Part shown: in pieces, positions 1-10,144 of the stretch
Numbering within the stretch: position 1 is the stretch's first letter
Layout of the letters: each line of letters opens with the position of its first letter
Assembly: GCA_963712745.1 (NCBI GenBank)
Contig: CAVQJC010000001.1
Coordinates: 384,001-448,000 of the forward strand
Direction of reading: 5' to 3'
Length of the DNA: 64,000 bases
Origin: an uncultured Chloroflexia bacterium
GTDB lineage: Bacteria; Chloroflexota; Limnocylindria; Limnocylindrales; CSP1-4
The notes under the pieces: generated by a model
Database searches by the model: none
The model's input: only the letters and a program-made list of their open reading frames with translations
Told to the model about the DNA's origin: nothing
Program-made: the position numbers and the translations under genes

Positions 1-1
1 C

Positions 2-931
2 TACGCAACCGGCATCTGCGGCACCGATCTGCATATCCAGGACGACGAATTCACGTCCGTCCCACCGGTCGTGATGGGCCACGAGGTCACCGGCGTCGTG
101 GTCGAGGCTGGTGCTGGCGCAGAGGCTGCCCTGGGCAAGCGCGTCTCGCCCGAGACCTACTTCTTCACCTGCGGCCGCTGCGATGCCTGTCGTGCCGGTC
201 GCCGCAACCTGTGCCAGCAACGGCGCAGCATCGGCTCACATGTGAACGGCGGCTTTGCCTCGCACGTGCTGGTGCCGCTCCACAACCTGCACGAGGTCCA
301 CGCCTCAGTCGGCGAACATGCAGGCGCACTGTACGAACCGCTGTCGTGCGTGGCGCAGTGCCTGTGCGATCCGGCCGTGGCGTCACCGGGTGACACCGCG
401 CTCGTGGTCGGGCCGGGCGCCATGGGCATCCTGAGCGCCCAGGTCTTGCGTGCGCAAGGCGCCCACGTGACCGTCTCCGGCACGGCGCGTGACCGGGCGC
501 GCCTCGATCTCGCCGCGTCGCTGGGTCTCGCGGTCACCGAGGCGGACGGGCTTGAAGAGGCCATGCCCGAGGGTGGCTTTGATGTCGTTGCGGAGTGCTC
601 CGGCTCGGCCGCTGGCGTGGATGCCGGGCTGCGCTCGACCAGACGCGGCGGCCACTACGTCCAGATCGGGCTGGCCGGCAAGACCATCCAGCTCGATATC
701 GACTTGATCTGCCTGCGCGAGCTCGTGGTCACCTCGGGCTTCGCGAGCACGCCTCGTTCATGGCGTCGCCTCGAGTCGCTCATCGCCGGAGGCCACGTAC
801 AACTCGATCCCCTGGTCACCGACGTGTTGCCGCTATCGGAGTGGCAGATGGGCTTCAGCCGCACCCGGCAAGCCAATGGCCTCAAGGTGATGCTCGACCC
901 GCGCCTTGATGGTGCGCACGAGGGGGAGTAG
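2..931 (+). CDS. Zn-dependent alcohol/polyol dehydrogenase (MDR family), 5'-truncated by window edge
   Basis: Frame open from base 2: GICGTDLH, GHE, structural Zn cysteines CGRCDAC...C, Rossmann GPGAMG. Confidence 0.9.
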   Translation, partial: YATGICGTDLHIQDDEFTSVPPVVMGHEVTGVVVEAGAGAEAALGKRVSPETYFFTCGRCDACRAGRRNLCQQRRSIGSHVNGGFASHVLVPLHNLHEVHASVGEHAGALYEPLSCVAQCLCDPAVASPGDTALVVGPGAMGILSAQVLRAQGAHVTVSGTARDRARLDLAASLGLAVTEADGLEEAMPEGGFDVVAECSGSAAGVDAGLRSTRRGGHYVQIGLAGKTIQLDIDLICLRELVVTSGFASTPRSWRRLESLIAGGHVQLDPLVTDVLPLSEWQMGFSRTRQANGLKVMLDPRLDGAHEGE

Positions 932-935
932 GCCG

Positions 936-1721
936 ATGAGCGAGACCTTCAGCCTGGCTGGCAGGAACGCTGTCGTGACGGGGCTCTCGGGCGGCATCGG
1001 CCAGGCCATCGCGGCAACGCTCGCCCGCGAGGGCGCCAACGTCGCGGGCGACTACCTCAGCAATACCGAGGGTGCCGCCGCGACCGCCCGATCGATCGAG
1101 GCACAGGGTCGCGAGGCACTCATCATGCAGGGTGATACCGGCGATGAAGCGCACATCCAGACTCTCGCCGACGAGACCGTGGCGCGCTGGGGCAGCCTCG
1201 ATATCTGGGTCAACAACGCCGCCCGGCTGATGGTGCGCGACTTCTTCGAGACCTCCAGCGATGACTGGCACGGTCTGCTGCAGGCCAACCTGCACGGCTA
1301 CTACTACGGCTGCAAGGCAGCCGCAGAGCGGATGCGCGGGCCAGGCCCTGGCCGCATCATCAACATCACCTCCGAAGCCGATGTGCAGGCCATCAGCGGC
1401 CTGAGTGCCTACATCACCGCCAAGGGCGGTGTGGTGGCCTTGACCAAGGTCCTGGCCCTCGAACTCGCCCCGTACGAGGTGACCGTCAACGCCGTTGCCC
1501 CGGGTGCCACCGAGACACCCCTCAACGCGGTGGCCTATACCGACGAAGTGCGTGCCAACTACGACAGGCGCATCGGCCTGGGCCGCATCGGCGTGCCCCA
1601 GGAGATCGCCGATGTCGTCGCCTTCGTGGCCTCGGACGCATCCCGCTACATGACCGGCCAGGAGTTGCTCGTCGATGGCGGACTGTCGATCAACGGCAAC
1701 GTCGGGCACGCCGCCACATAG
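936..1721 (+). CDS. SDR family oxidoreductase (glucose 1-dehydrogenase/FabG-like)
   Basis: TGLSGGIG, NNAA, YITAK catalytic motif, VNAVAPG; ATG at 936 after purine-rich GAGGGGGAG. Confidence 0.9.
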   Translation: MSETFSLAGRNAVVTGLSGGIGQAIAATLAREGANVAGDYLSNTEGAAATARSIEAQGREALIMQGDTGDEAHIQTLADETVARWGSLDIWVNNAARLMVRDFFETSSDDWHGLLQANLHGYYYGCKAAAERMRGPGPGRIINITSEADVQAISGLSAYITAKGGVVALTKVLALELAPYEVTVNAVAPGATETPLNAVAYTDEVRANYDRRIGLGRIGVPQEIADVVAFVASDASRYMTGQELLVDGGLSINGNVGHAAT

Positions 1722-1723
1722 GG

Positions 1724-2699
1724 GTGGCGCCGCTCGTCCTCGTCATCGGCCGCCAGTTCGGGGAGCCCCCGCCAGGCCTCCCGGAAACCACGAACGCCGT
1801 GCGCTACGTCTTCGCGGATGACCTCGAGGGTGTCCGTGAATACATCGCCGAGGCCGAGATCGTCTTCCACTACGGTGGCCCGCGCACCGCACTTCGGGAT
1901 GTCTGGGCGGAGACCAGCCGACTGCGCTGGATCCACGTCGGCAATATCGGCGTCGACTGGGCGCTCTTCCCCGAGCTGATCGAAAGCGACGTCGTGGTGA
2001 CCAACAGCCGCGGCGTGTTCGATGTGAGCATGCCCGAGTACGCCCTTGCCTTGATGCTGGCGTTACTGAAGGATCTGCCGGGCAGCATCAGGCTCCAGCA
2101 GCAACAGCGCTGGCAGCATCGTGCTCTCGAGCCACTGGCGGGCGGGCACGTGGTCATGCTCGGTGCCGGGTCCATCGCCCGCTCCACCGGCCGGGTATTG
2201 CGGGCCATGGCCATGAGCGTGACCATCGTGGGCACCACCGAGCGCGATGGTGGCGTTGACGAGGGGCGCATCCGCAGCGTGGCTGATCTGCACGACCTGC
2301 TGCCTGCGGCCGACTGGCTCATCTGTGCGACACCGCTGACACGAGCGACACATGGGCTCATCGGCGCTGCCGAACTGGCGCAGCTGCCTCGAGGGGCGCG
2401 CGTCGTGAACATCGGGCGCGGGCCAGTCGATCTCGGAAGCCGCGCTGCTCGGAGCGCTCCGCTCGGGCGCGCTCGCCGGGGCAGCACTGGATGTCTTCGA
2501 GACAGAGCCACTGCCTCGGGGGCACCCTTTCTGGTCGATGCCCAACGTCATCGTCTCACCGCACATCGGCGGTGACGTCACGACATCGGGTGCCGCCTTC
2601 ACGCGCTCGTTCCTGGCCAACCTGGAACGCTATCTGGAGGCCCGCCCCATGCATGATGTCGTGGACAAGCACCTCGGCTACGTGCCCACCACAAGCTGA
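1724..2699 (+). CDS. D-2-hydroxyacid dehydrogenase (frameshift near 2430)
   Basis: VTNSRG, GAGSIA, VNIGRG; alternative frame continues AALDVFETEPLP...VSPHIGG to TGA at 2697-2699. Confidence 0.85.
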
Positions 2700-2754
2700 C
2701 CAGGGTTCGCGGGAAGAGCCCAGGGAACGACCGACCGCATAGACTGCAAGTCGC

Positions 2755-3699
2755 ATGCCACTTGTCGCCCTCGACGGGCTCACCAAACGCTACCCCCAGG
2801 GCGTCGTCGCGCTGGACGCGCTGACCCTCGAGATCGAGCCGGGCATCGTCGGCCTGGTCGGTTCGAATGGCGCCGGCAAGTCGACCCTCATCAAGATCCT
2901 GTTGGGCCTGCTCGACGCGACCGCAGGCAGTGCCCGGGTCCTGGATCTCGATGTCGCCACCCAGGGCCAGGGCATCCGCCAGTACGTCGGCTATATGCCC
3001 GAGCATGACTGCCTGCCCGGCGACATCTCGGCCAGCGACTTCGTCAATCACATGGCCCGCATGTCGGGCCTGCCCAAGGCCGCGGCTCGCGAGCGCACCT
3101 CCGATGTGTTGCGCCACGTGGGGCTCTTCGAAGAGCGCTATCGACCCATGGGTGGCTACTCCACGGGCATGAAGCAACGCGTCAAGCTGGCCCAGGCGCT
3201 CGTGCACGACCCCAAACTGCTACTGCTCGACGAACCCACCAACGGCCTTGACCCAGCCGGGCGTGATGAGATGCTCGAGCTCGTATCGCGCACCGGGACC
3301 GAGTTCGGCATCGCCATCATCATGGCCAGCCACCTGTTGGGCGAGATCGAGCGGGTGTGCGATTACCTTGTCGCGATCGATGCTGGGCGCTTGCTGCGCG
3401 CCGCCGCGCTGCAAACGTTCACACAGCAGACCGGCGTCCTCATCGTCGAGATCGATGAGCGACCGGAGGCGCTGGCCGATGACCTGGCCGCACGCGGCCA
3501 TGACGTACGCGTGGACGGCCACAACGTGCTCGTCCAGATCGAGCACGACGAGACCTACGACCACGTGCGCGATGCCATCGTCGACCTCGGGCTGGCCATG
3601 ATCAGGATCGAACAACGCCGCAGCAAGCTCGAGGACCTCTTCCGCGAAGAGCCTGTGCCCGCCACCGAGTCGCCAGATGCGCCCGAGGGCGATGCATGA
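2755..3699 (+). CDS. ABC-2 type transporter ATP-binding protein
   Basis: Walker A GSNGAGKST, signature YSTGMKQR, Walker B LLLLDEP. Confidence 0.95.
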   Translation: MPLVALDGLTKRYPQGVVALDALTLEIEPGIVGLVGSNGAGKSTLIKILLGLLDATAGSARVLDLDVATQGQGIRQYVGYMPEHDCLPGDISASDFVNHMARMSGLPKAAARERTSDVLRHVGLFEERYRPMGGYSTGMKQRVKLAQALVHDPKLLLLDEPTNGLDPAGRDEMLELVSRTGTEFGIAIIMASHLLGEIERVCDYLVAIDAGRLLRAAALQTFTQQTGVLIVEIDERPEALADDLAARGHDVRVDGHNVLVQIEHDETYDHVRDAIVDLGLAMIRIEQRRSKLEDLFREEPVPATESPDAPEGDA

Positions 3700-4631
3700 C
3701 CGACGCACCCATGACCACACCGTCGTCCGAGGGCCGTGGTGGCAGCATCTACGACCTTGGGTACCGGGGGTACGAAGGCGTGCGGCTGGGGCGCCGCGCC
3801 GTCATCGGTGCCCTGCTGACCCACAGCCTGCGCACGGCCTACGGGCTGGGGCGCAGTACGCGCTCGAAGATCATGCCGGTCGGGCTGGCGGTGTTTGCGG
3901 TCCTGCCGGCGCTACTGGCGCTGGGCATCATCGCGCTCATCTCGCAGATCGGCGCCGCGGGTGAAGCCTTCGAGGCCATCTCGCCGATCCGCTACGCCAC
4001 GCTGTTCCCGTTCATCGCGGTGCTCGTGTTCCTCTTCTGCGCCTCGCAAGCGCCGGAACTGTTCGGGCGTGACCAGCGCGCCGGCACCCTGCCGCTGTAC
4101 TTCTCGCGCGCGACATCGCGCATGGACTATGCCACGGCACGCACTCTCGGCCTGCTGGCGTCGCTCCTGGTGCTGGTGCTCACCCCGCAACTGCTCCTGT
4201 TCGTCGGCCGCGTGCTCGTCGCCGAAGACCCCTTCGATGGCTTGTCCGAAGAGCTGCCCAGCATGCCAGCCGCCGTCGCGGTGGCCCTCATCGTGGCCAC
4301 CCTGGTGGGCTCGGTGTCCGCAGCCATCGCCGCGCTCACACCGCGACGCGCCTACGCCACGGTCGCGATCATCGGCATCTTCCTGTTGCCCAATATCGTG
4401 GCTGCCCTGCTGGTCGAACTCGAGACCGGCAGCCTGGGCCATCTGGCGGTCTTGCTGAGTCCGGCCGATGTGCTCGACGGCGTCAACGCCACGCTGTTCG
4501 GGACCGCCCCCGACAACCCTACGGTCGAGGCCGCGGACCTCGATGGCTGGATCTATCTGGCCACCGTAGCCGCGTGGATCGTCGGCTCGCTGACGTTGCT
4601 CATGCGCCGCTACCGGCGCATCGAGGTATGA
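3696..4631 (+). CDS. ABC-2 type transporter permease
   Basis: About 6 hydrophobic helices, D..AGTLPLYFSR motif, ATGA overlap with ATPase. Confidence 0.9.
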   Translation: MTDAPMTTPSSEGRGGSIYDLGYRGYEGVRLGRRAVIGALLTHSLRTAYGLGRSTRSKIMPVGLAVFAVLPALLALGIIALISQIGAAGEAFEAISPIRYATLFPFIAVLVFLFCASQAPELFGRDQRAGTLPLYFSRATSRMDYATARTLGLLASLLVLVLTPQLLLFVGRVLVAEDPFDGLSEELPSMPAAVAVALIVATLVGSVSAAIAALTPRRAYATVAIIGIFLLPNIVAALLVELETGSLGHLAVLLSPADVLDGVNATLFGTAPDNPTVEAADLDGWIYLATVAAWIVGSLTLLMRRYRRIEV

Positions 4632-5565
4632 ACACCGACGCGCCCGGCGGCGCTGCCATCCGGCTCGACCACGTGTCGCGCTGGTACGGCAGACGTGGTC
4701 GCCGTCAACGACATCAGCTTCGAGGTGAGCCCAGGCGTCACTGGGCTGCTGGGCCCCAATGGCGCAGGCAAGACGACGCTGCTGCACATGACCGCGGGCC
4801 TGCTGGCGCCTTCACCGGGCGACGTGCTCGTCAATGGCGAGCCGACCTGGCGCAACGCGCAGATGTATCGACACGTCGGCCTGGTACCGGAACGCGAGAA
4901 CGTCTACCCCTACCTCACGGGACGTGAGTTCGCCATCGCCAACGCGCGACTGCAGGGCCTGCCCGATGTGCTCGCGGCAGCTGAACGAGCCATCGCCCTG
5001 GTCGACCTCGCTGACGCCGCCGACCGCCGCATCGGGACGTACTCCAAGGGCATGCGGCAACGCATCAAGATGGCGGCGGCGCTCGTGCACGATCTCCGCG
5101 GTGCTGATCCTTGACGAGCCGTTCAACGGCATGGATCCACGCCAGCGCCTGCACATGTTCGAGCTGCTGCGCTCGATGGCCGAACAGGGCCGCACGGTGC
5201 TGCTCTCGTCACACATCCTCGAGGAGGTCGAGCGCGTGGCCGATTTCGGTGCTCGTGACTCTACTCGGGCCGGCTCGCTGCAGCCGGCGACTTCCGCTCC
5301 ATCCGCCAGTTGATGACCGACCGGCCACATGTCTTCCGCTTGCGTTCGTCAGATGACCGACGACTGGGCTCGGCCTTGCTCAAGGAGGATTGCGTCTTCG
5401 GGGTCGAGCTCGGAGCGAAGGGCCTGGTCGTGCGCACGTCTGACTACGGTCGCTTCACGCGACGAGTCCCCGTGGTCGCGCAGGCGGCAGGACATCTCAC
5501 TCCTCGAACTGGCACCGACCGATGATTCGCTCGAGTCAGTCTTCGCCTACCTGGTAGGCCGATGA
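4628..5565 (+). CDS. ABC-2 type transporter ATP-binding protein (several frameshifts)
   Basis: GPNGAGKTT, YSKGMRQR, ILDEPFNGMDP, SSHILEE and DDSLESVFAYLV spread across frames. Confidence 0.85.
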
Positions 5566-6285
5566 TCACGCGCATGCCCATCGTGGCCATCACGCTGCGC
5601 GGCCTGCTCGATCGGCGCCGCACGTGGTTGATGGTGCTGCTCGCGGCCGTGCCGGTGCTCATCGCGTTGGTGGTCGTGTCATTCGGCAACACCAGCTTCA
5701 CCGAGCGGATCTTCGACCAGCTGGTGGTGCGCACGGTCTTGCCGCTCATCGCGCTGGTCTTCGGTACCGCCGCGATCGGCACGGAGCTCGACGACGGCAC
5801 CGTGGTCTACCTGCTCGCCAAGCCACTGCGCCGGCTACACGTGGTCCTGGCCAAGTCGACCGTGGCGGCCGCACTGACCATCGCGCTGATCGTGCCCGCG
5901 ACGCTGCTCACCGGCCTGGTGGCAGCGACGCAGAACGCTGACCTCGACCGAGGCCGTGCTGGCGTTCGCCATCGCGGCCGCCGTGGGTGGCGCGGCATAC
6001 ACCATGGCGTTCTTCACGCTGAGCACGTTCACCTCGCGTGCGCTGGCGGTGGGTCTGGGCTATGTGCTCCTCTGGGAGGGCGTACTTTCGGGCCTGTTCG
6101 ACGGCTCTCGGCTCTTCTCGATCCGCCAGGCCACGCTCGGCCTGGCGGCACAGATCCAGGGCGTCGAACGCTCGTCCGCGACCGATGGCACCACGGCCAC
6201 GGTGTTCCTGCTAGTAGTCATCGTCGGGTCCGTGGCACTCGCGACGTGGCGACTCACGCGCTTCCAGATGCGGGGTGGTGACTGA
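5562..6285 (+). CDS. ABC-2 type transporter permease (frameshift near 5950)
   Basis: ELDDGTVVYLLAKP motif; hydrophobic helices continue in ORF 5956-6285. Confidence 0.85.
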
Positions 6286-6355
6286 GCGCAGGACGCTGTC
6301 GCACTGTGCTTGTCAAGCCGTGCTATCGGTCGCACAATCGATAGCGATATGACCG

Positions 6356-6823
6356 ATGCGACCCAACCGCGCCAGACCACCGCAGCCGCCGAGCGGACCT
6401 CTCTCGATCCTGACGTGCGCCGAATGCGGCAAGAAGAACAAGATCCGCCCGAGCGAGAAGGGTTCGCCGCACTGTGGATCCTGCGGCAAGCCATTGCCCT
6501 GGTTGGTCGATGCCAGCGACGCCACGTTCGCGCAGGAGGCGCGCGCATCGGTGGCGGTGCTAGTGGACCTGTGGGCACCGTGGTGTGGGCCGTGCCGCGT
6601 CGTTGGACCTCAGCTGGAGGCCCTGTCGCGCGAATATGCCGGGCGCATCAAGGTGGTCAAGGTGAACGTGGACGAGAACCCCGGACTCTCGCAGCAGTTC
6701 CAGGCCACGAGCATCCCGACCCTCGTGGTCATCAAGGGCGACCGGGTGGTCGACCGTATCGTGGGCGCGCTTCCGCCGTCAGAGCTGAAGATGCGCCTGT
6801 TTCCCTATCTGATGAGGACCTAG
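6356..6823 (+). CDS. trxC: Thioredoxin with N-terminal Zn finger (thioredoxin 2 type)
   Basis: CAEC...CGSC Zn finger followed by WAPWCGPC active site; exact start uncertain. Confidence 0.85.
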   Translation: MRPNRARPPQPPSGPLSILTCAECGKKNKIRPSEKGSPHCGSCGKPLPWLVDASDATFAQEARASVAVLVDLWAPWCGPCRVVGPQLEALSREYAGRIKVVKVNVDENPGLSQQFQATSIPTLVVIKGDRVVDRIVGALPPSELKMRLFPYLMRT

Positions 6824-6872
6824 ACACCGCAGGTCGGATCGCCGGCCACGAAGCCATCGAGGCCAGGCCCGG

Positions 6873-8115
6873 TCAGGAGCCCCAGCTGCGCCGGTCAGCG
6901 GTCGCAGGTCGACCATCTGCTGTCCACCGGACGTCTGTAGCGGCGCATCCTCGGTGGCGCTCAAGAGCCACTGACCGTCGGGCACCTCCACGCTGAAGGT
7001 CGCAGAGTCGCTGGTCGTGTCGACCACCACGCTCGCATCGATGGGCTCGGGGGCATCCTCGGAGCCGACTGCGGTCAAGGCCAGCTCGACGGTACCGCCG
7101 AGCGCCGAAAGCTCTGAGCTGATGTCCGGGCCCTGACTCCAGCCGACCGTGTAGCGGATGATGCTGTTGCCCGGAGCAACTTCCGCCGCTTCGGCGGCCC
7201 CAGCGGAGTAGGTCGCCAGGGCTCGACACGCGAGGGGCTTGCCAGACTTCTTCAGGTTCAGGCCCCAGGCAGCCGAGTCCAGGCCGAGGAAGCGCCCGCC
7301 CGTCGGCAGGCGCAATTCATCGAAGACATCGCCGTTCGGACCTGCAGCGCGGAGCGTCACCGTGGCAGCGGTAGCACCCTTGGGCACGCGGGCGATGTGC
7401 GTGATCACGCCACGCTTGGAGTCGTAGTAGCCCATATCGCGCGACGGCCCATTGAAGAACGGGATGGGCGAGATGCCATCCCAATCGGTCAGCGTGGTCG
7501 TGCCGGAAGCCCAGTCCTGACCGGGGTACGAACCACTGATCGAGAAACTCTGGGCACCCCGGTATGGGCCCAGCAAGCTACCAGCCTCGTGCGGCACCCC
7601 GTCGGGACCATCGAAGGTGACGATCAGTTGCACGTCGGTGTCTGGGTTGTTGGGTATCTTGGCGGCGGTCTTGGCGATGATGTAGAACCCGTCATCGCCT
7701 TTCTTCCAGTCAGCATCTGCCCCGTAGTAGCCGCCCGCGGTGCCCGGCGGGTAGTCCTCGGCGAGCTTGCGCAGCATCTTCGAGCCAGCCGCAGCGCTCG
7801 ACGACGTTGACCTCGGTGAGGTCGGTCCACGCTGTCAGCATCGACGATATCGCGGCCATCGAGCGCGATCTGGTCGCCGATGGGGTCCTGGAAGCGGACC
7901 CAGTCCTTGGCCACCTTGGCCTGCGCTACGCGCATGTTCTTGCTCTTGCCCTTGACAGTCTCAACCGTCGTGCCAACGGGGTCTCGTGTCGCTGACCGCA
8001 TCGGTCTCGGGCGCTCAGCGTTCGCGGCGAAGACGCTGCCACCGTTCCCGACTGCCAGGATGAGGAGGGCTAGGGCCAGGCTCATGGAAGTGCGCACGAA
8101 CGGTGGGGTCATCAT
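6873..8115 (-). CDS. Secreted hypothetical protein (frameshifted, ends approximate)
   Basis: Signal-peptide-like N-terminus MMTPPFVRTSMSLALALLILAVG after GGAG; FQDPIGD...D motif; continues in ORF 6779-7777. Confidence 0.6.
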
Positions 8116-8570
8116 GAGGGTCTCCGCGTGGACGACGCACATCGCTGGCAGGTAGCCGTCGTTGCCGTGCATCCTGTGTCGGATGGTCAGTGGCCCTCGA
8201 TTATCGGCGCTGGAGGGGAATCCGGCGCGCTCTCTCCGCGAGTACCTCGCCGCGCCGATGGACGCCGGGGCCGCCCGCTCGTCGGCCAGCGATCCTGGTC
8301 GATGTACGCGAGGCCGCGCACTGCTTCCGGCACGCCTCGTCTCAGCCTGGTCCTGGTAGATCTGACGCATCACTGTCCCAGGAACACTGGGGCGGCAGCT
8401 CGACCGATCCGGCCGACGCTGGCACGGCCGGGCCAGCGTGTCCAGGACACCAAGCGTGAAAGCGATGGCTGCATCGCCCGATGGTAGCTCCCTCGCAAGC
8501 CCCGCTGACCGAGGATCACGGGTGGCGCGAGCGACATCGTCGCCGGCCCTGTCCGGGACGACGCCGTCCG

Positions 8571-8973
8571 TTAGCCTCGCAAGCGTCGTCGGGCGGATGT
8601 GGAGTCGTACCGGATAACCCTCGTCGTATGTCGCCCAGGTGAAGTCCCAGCGAGGCAGGTGCGCGGCGTACTTGGCCCGGTAGTCGGGATCAGCGCTGGG
8701 TGGCACATCGGTTCCGATGATCTCGGCGTCACCCTCGATGATGACCAAGCCATCACCATCGGCATCGCTGTTGAGATTGAGCGCCACGCGCGGATTGGCG
8801 CGGATGTTGCGTAGGCGCGGCGTCTGATCCTTCGAGTAGACCAGGATGACGTCATCCTTCAGGACGAGCCAGACGGCCGATGGCTGAGGCTGGCCCGTAG
8901 CGTTCACGGTGGTCAGCCAAGCCACGGTCGCGTCGCGTAGGCGAGCCTGGACATCGGGTCGATCGTCGTACAT
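8571..8973 (-). CDS. PPOX-class putative F420-dependent oxidoreductase
   Basis: VAWLTTVNATGQPQPSAVW, PRLRNIRANPRVALNL, YRAKY; frameshift at extreme C-terminus. Confidence 0.85.
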
Positions 8974-8979
8974 CAGGGC

Positions 8980-8989
8980 AGCATAGACT
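8980..8989. promoter_or_regulatory. Overlapping divergent -10 boxes (TATGCT minus, TAGACT plus), probable bidirectional leaderless promoter
   Basis: Only 22 nt separate the divergent ATGs at 8973 and 8996; each TANNNT box lies 6 nt from its ATG; no SD. Confidence 0.55.
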
Positions 8990-8995
8990 GCCGAC

Positions 8996-9779
8996 ATGCC
9001 GCCGACCGTCCATGCCACCCGTTACATCGCACCACTGCGGGAGGGCGGTTCTCTGCCGGGTCTGATGGAGGCAGACGACGAGGGCACCTACGTGGTCAAG
9101 TTCCGCGGTGCCGGCCAGGGGCCCAAGGCGCTGGTGGCGGAACTGGTGAGCGGACAGATCGGGCAAGCGCTCGGGTTGCCGGTACCAGATCTGGTGTTGG
9201 TGGAACTCGATCCCGCCTTCGCGCGCTTGGAGATGGACCCCGAGATCCAGCACCTGCTGCGTGCCAGCGAGGGCCTCAACGTGGCCCTCGATTTCCTGCC
9301 TGGATCGATCAGCTACGACCCCCAGGTGCCCCCGCCGGTGGATGCCGACTTCGCGGCCGCGGTCGTCTGGTTCGATGCCTTCATCACCAACATCGACCGC
9401 ACCGCGCGCAACACCAATATGCTCAGCTGGCACGGTCGGCACGTGGCTCATCGACCACGGCGCGTCGCTGTATTTCCAGCATGACTGGCGCGATGTGCTG
9501 GGCCGTGCCATCGATCCCTTCACGCTGGCGAGGGACCACGTGCTGCTGCCGTTCGCAGGTGACATCGCAAGCGCGGGCCAGCGGGCGCGAGGGCGATTGA
9601 GCGCCGAGGTGCTGGAGGCGATCCTGGCGTCGGTGCCGGACCTGTGGCTCTCGGCTGGCTACGGCGATGAGTCCGTGCCCCAGGTGCGCGACACGTTGCT
9701 GCGCTACCTGCTCGTGCGCCTTGATGCCGCCCGTGTATTCGAGGAGGAGGCCGACCGTGCCCGAGCGCTGCTCGTATGA
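8996..9779 (+). CDS. HipA-like (PI3/4-kinase fold) kinase (frameshift near 9440)
   Basis: PLREGGSLP glycine loop, YVVKF, NIDRTARNTN catalytic loop, LIDHG metal-binding motif. Confidence 0.85.
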
Positions 9780-10144
9780 CTACGCGGTAGTCCGCGTGGT
9801 GCCCTCGGAGGAGCGGGCCGAGTTCATCAACGTCGGCATCATCCTGCACGCCAAGGCCCATGGTGTCCTCGCGATCCGGATCGATCTGGACGAGGCGCGA
9901 TTGCGGGCCATGGCGCCGTCCATCGACGTAGCCATGGTGCGCGCGCATCTCGAATTCGATGCAGCGCATCAGCGCGGGTGGTACGGACACCGGACCCATC
10001 GGCCGACTCAGCCAGTCACAGCGCTTCCACTGGCTGGTGTCGCCGCGCAGCACCGTCATCCAGACCTCGCCGGTGCACTCGGGCCTGTGCGACGACCCGC
10101 AGCGCGAACTCGATCGGCTCTTCGGTCGCCTAGTGGAGAGATGA
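9757..10144 (+). CDS. DUF3037-like protein (frameshift near 9955)
   Basis: YDYAVVRVVP..ER.EFINVGIIL and RFHWLVSPRSTVIQTSPVHSG; overlaps kinase stop. Confidence 0.8.

Noticed and set aside
7624-9018. 464-aa ORF joining the PPOX enzyme to a secreted protein
   Set aside because: The middle part looks non-coding and the secreted gene has its own SD and signal peptide; read-through is due to an indel near 8580.
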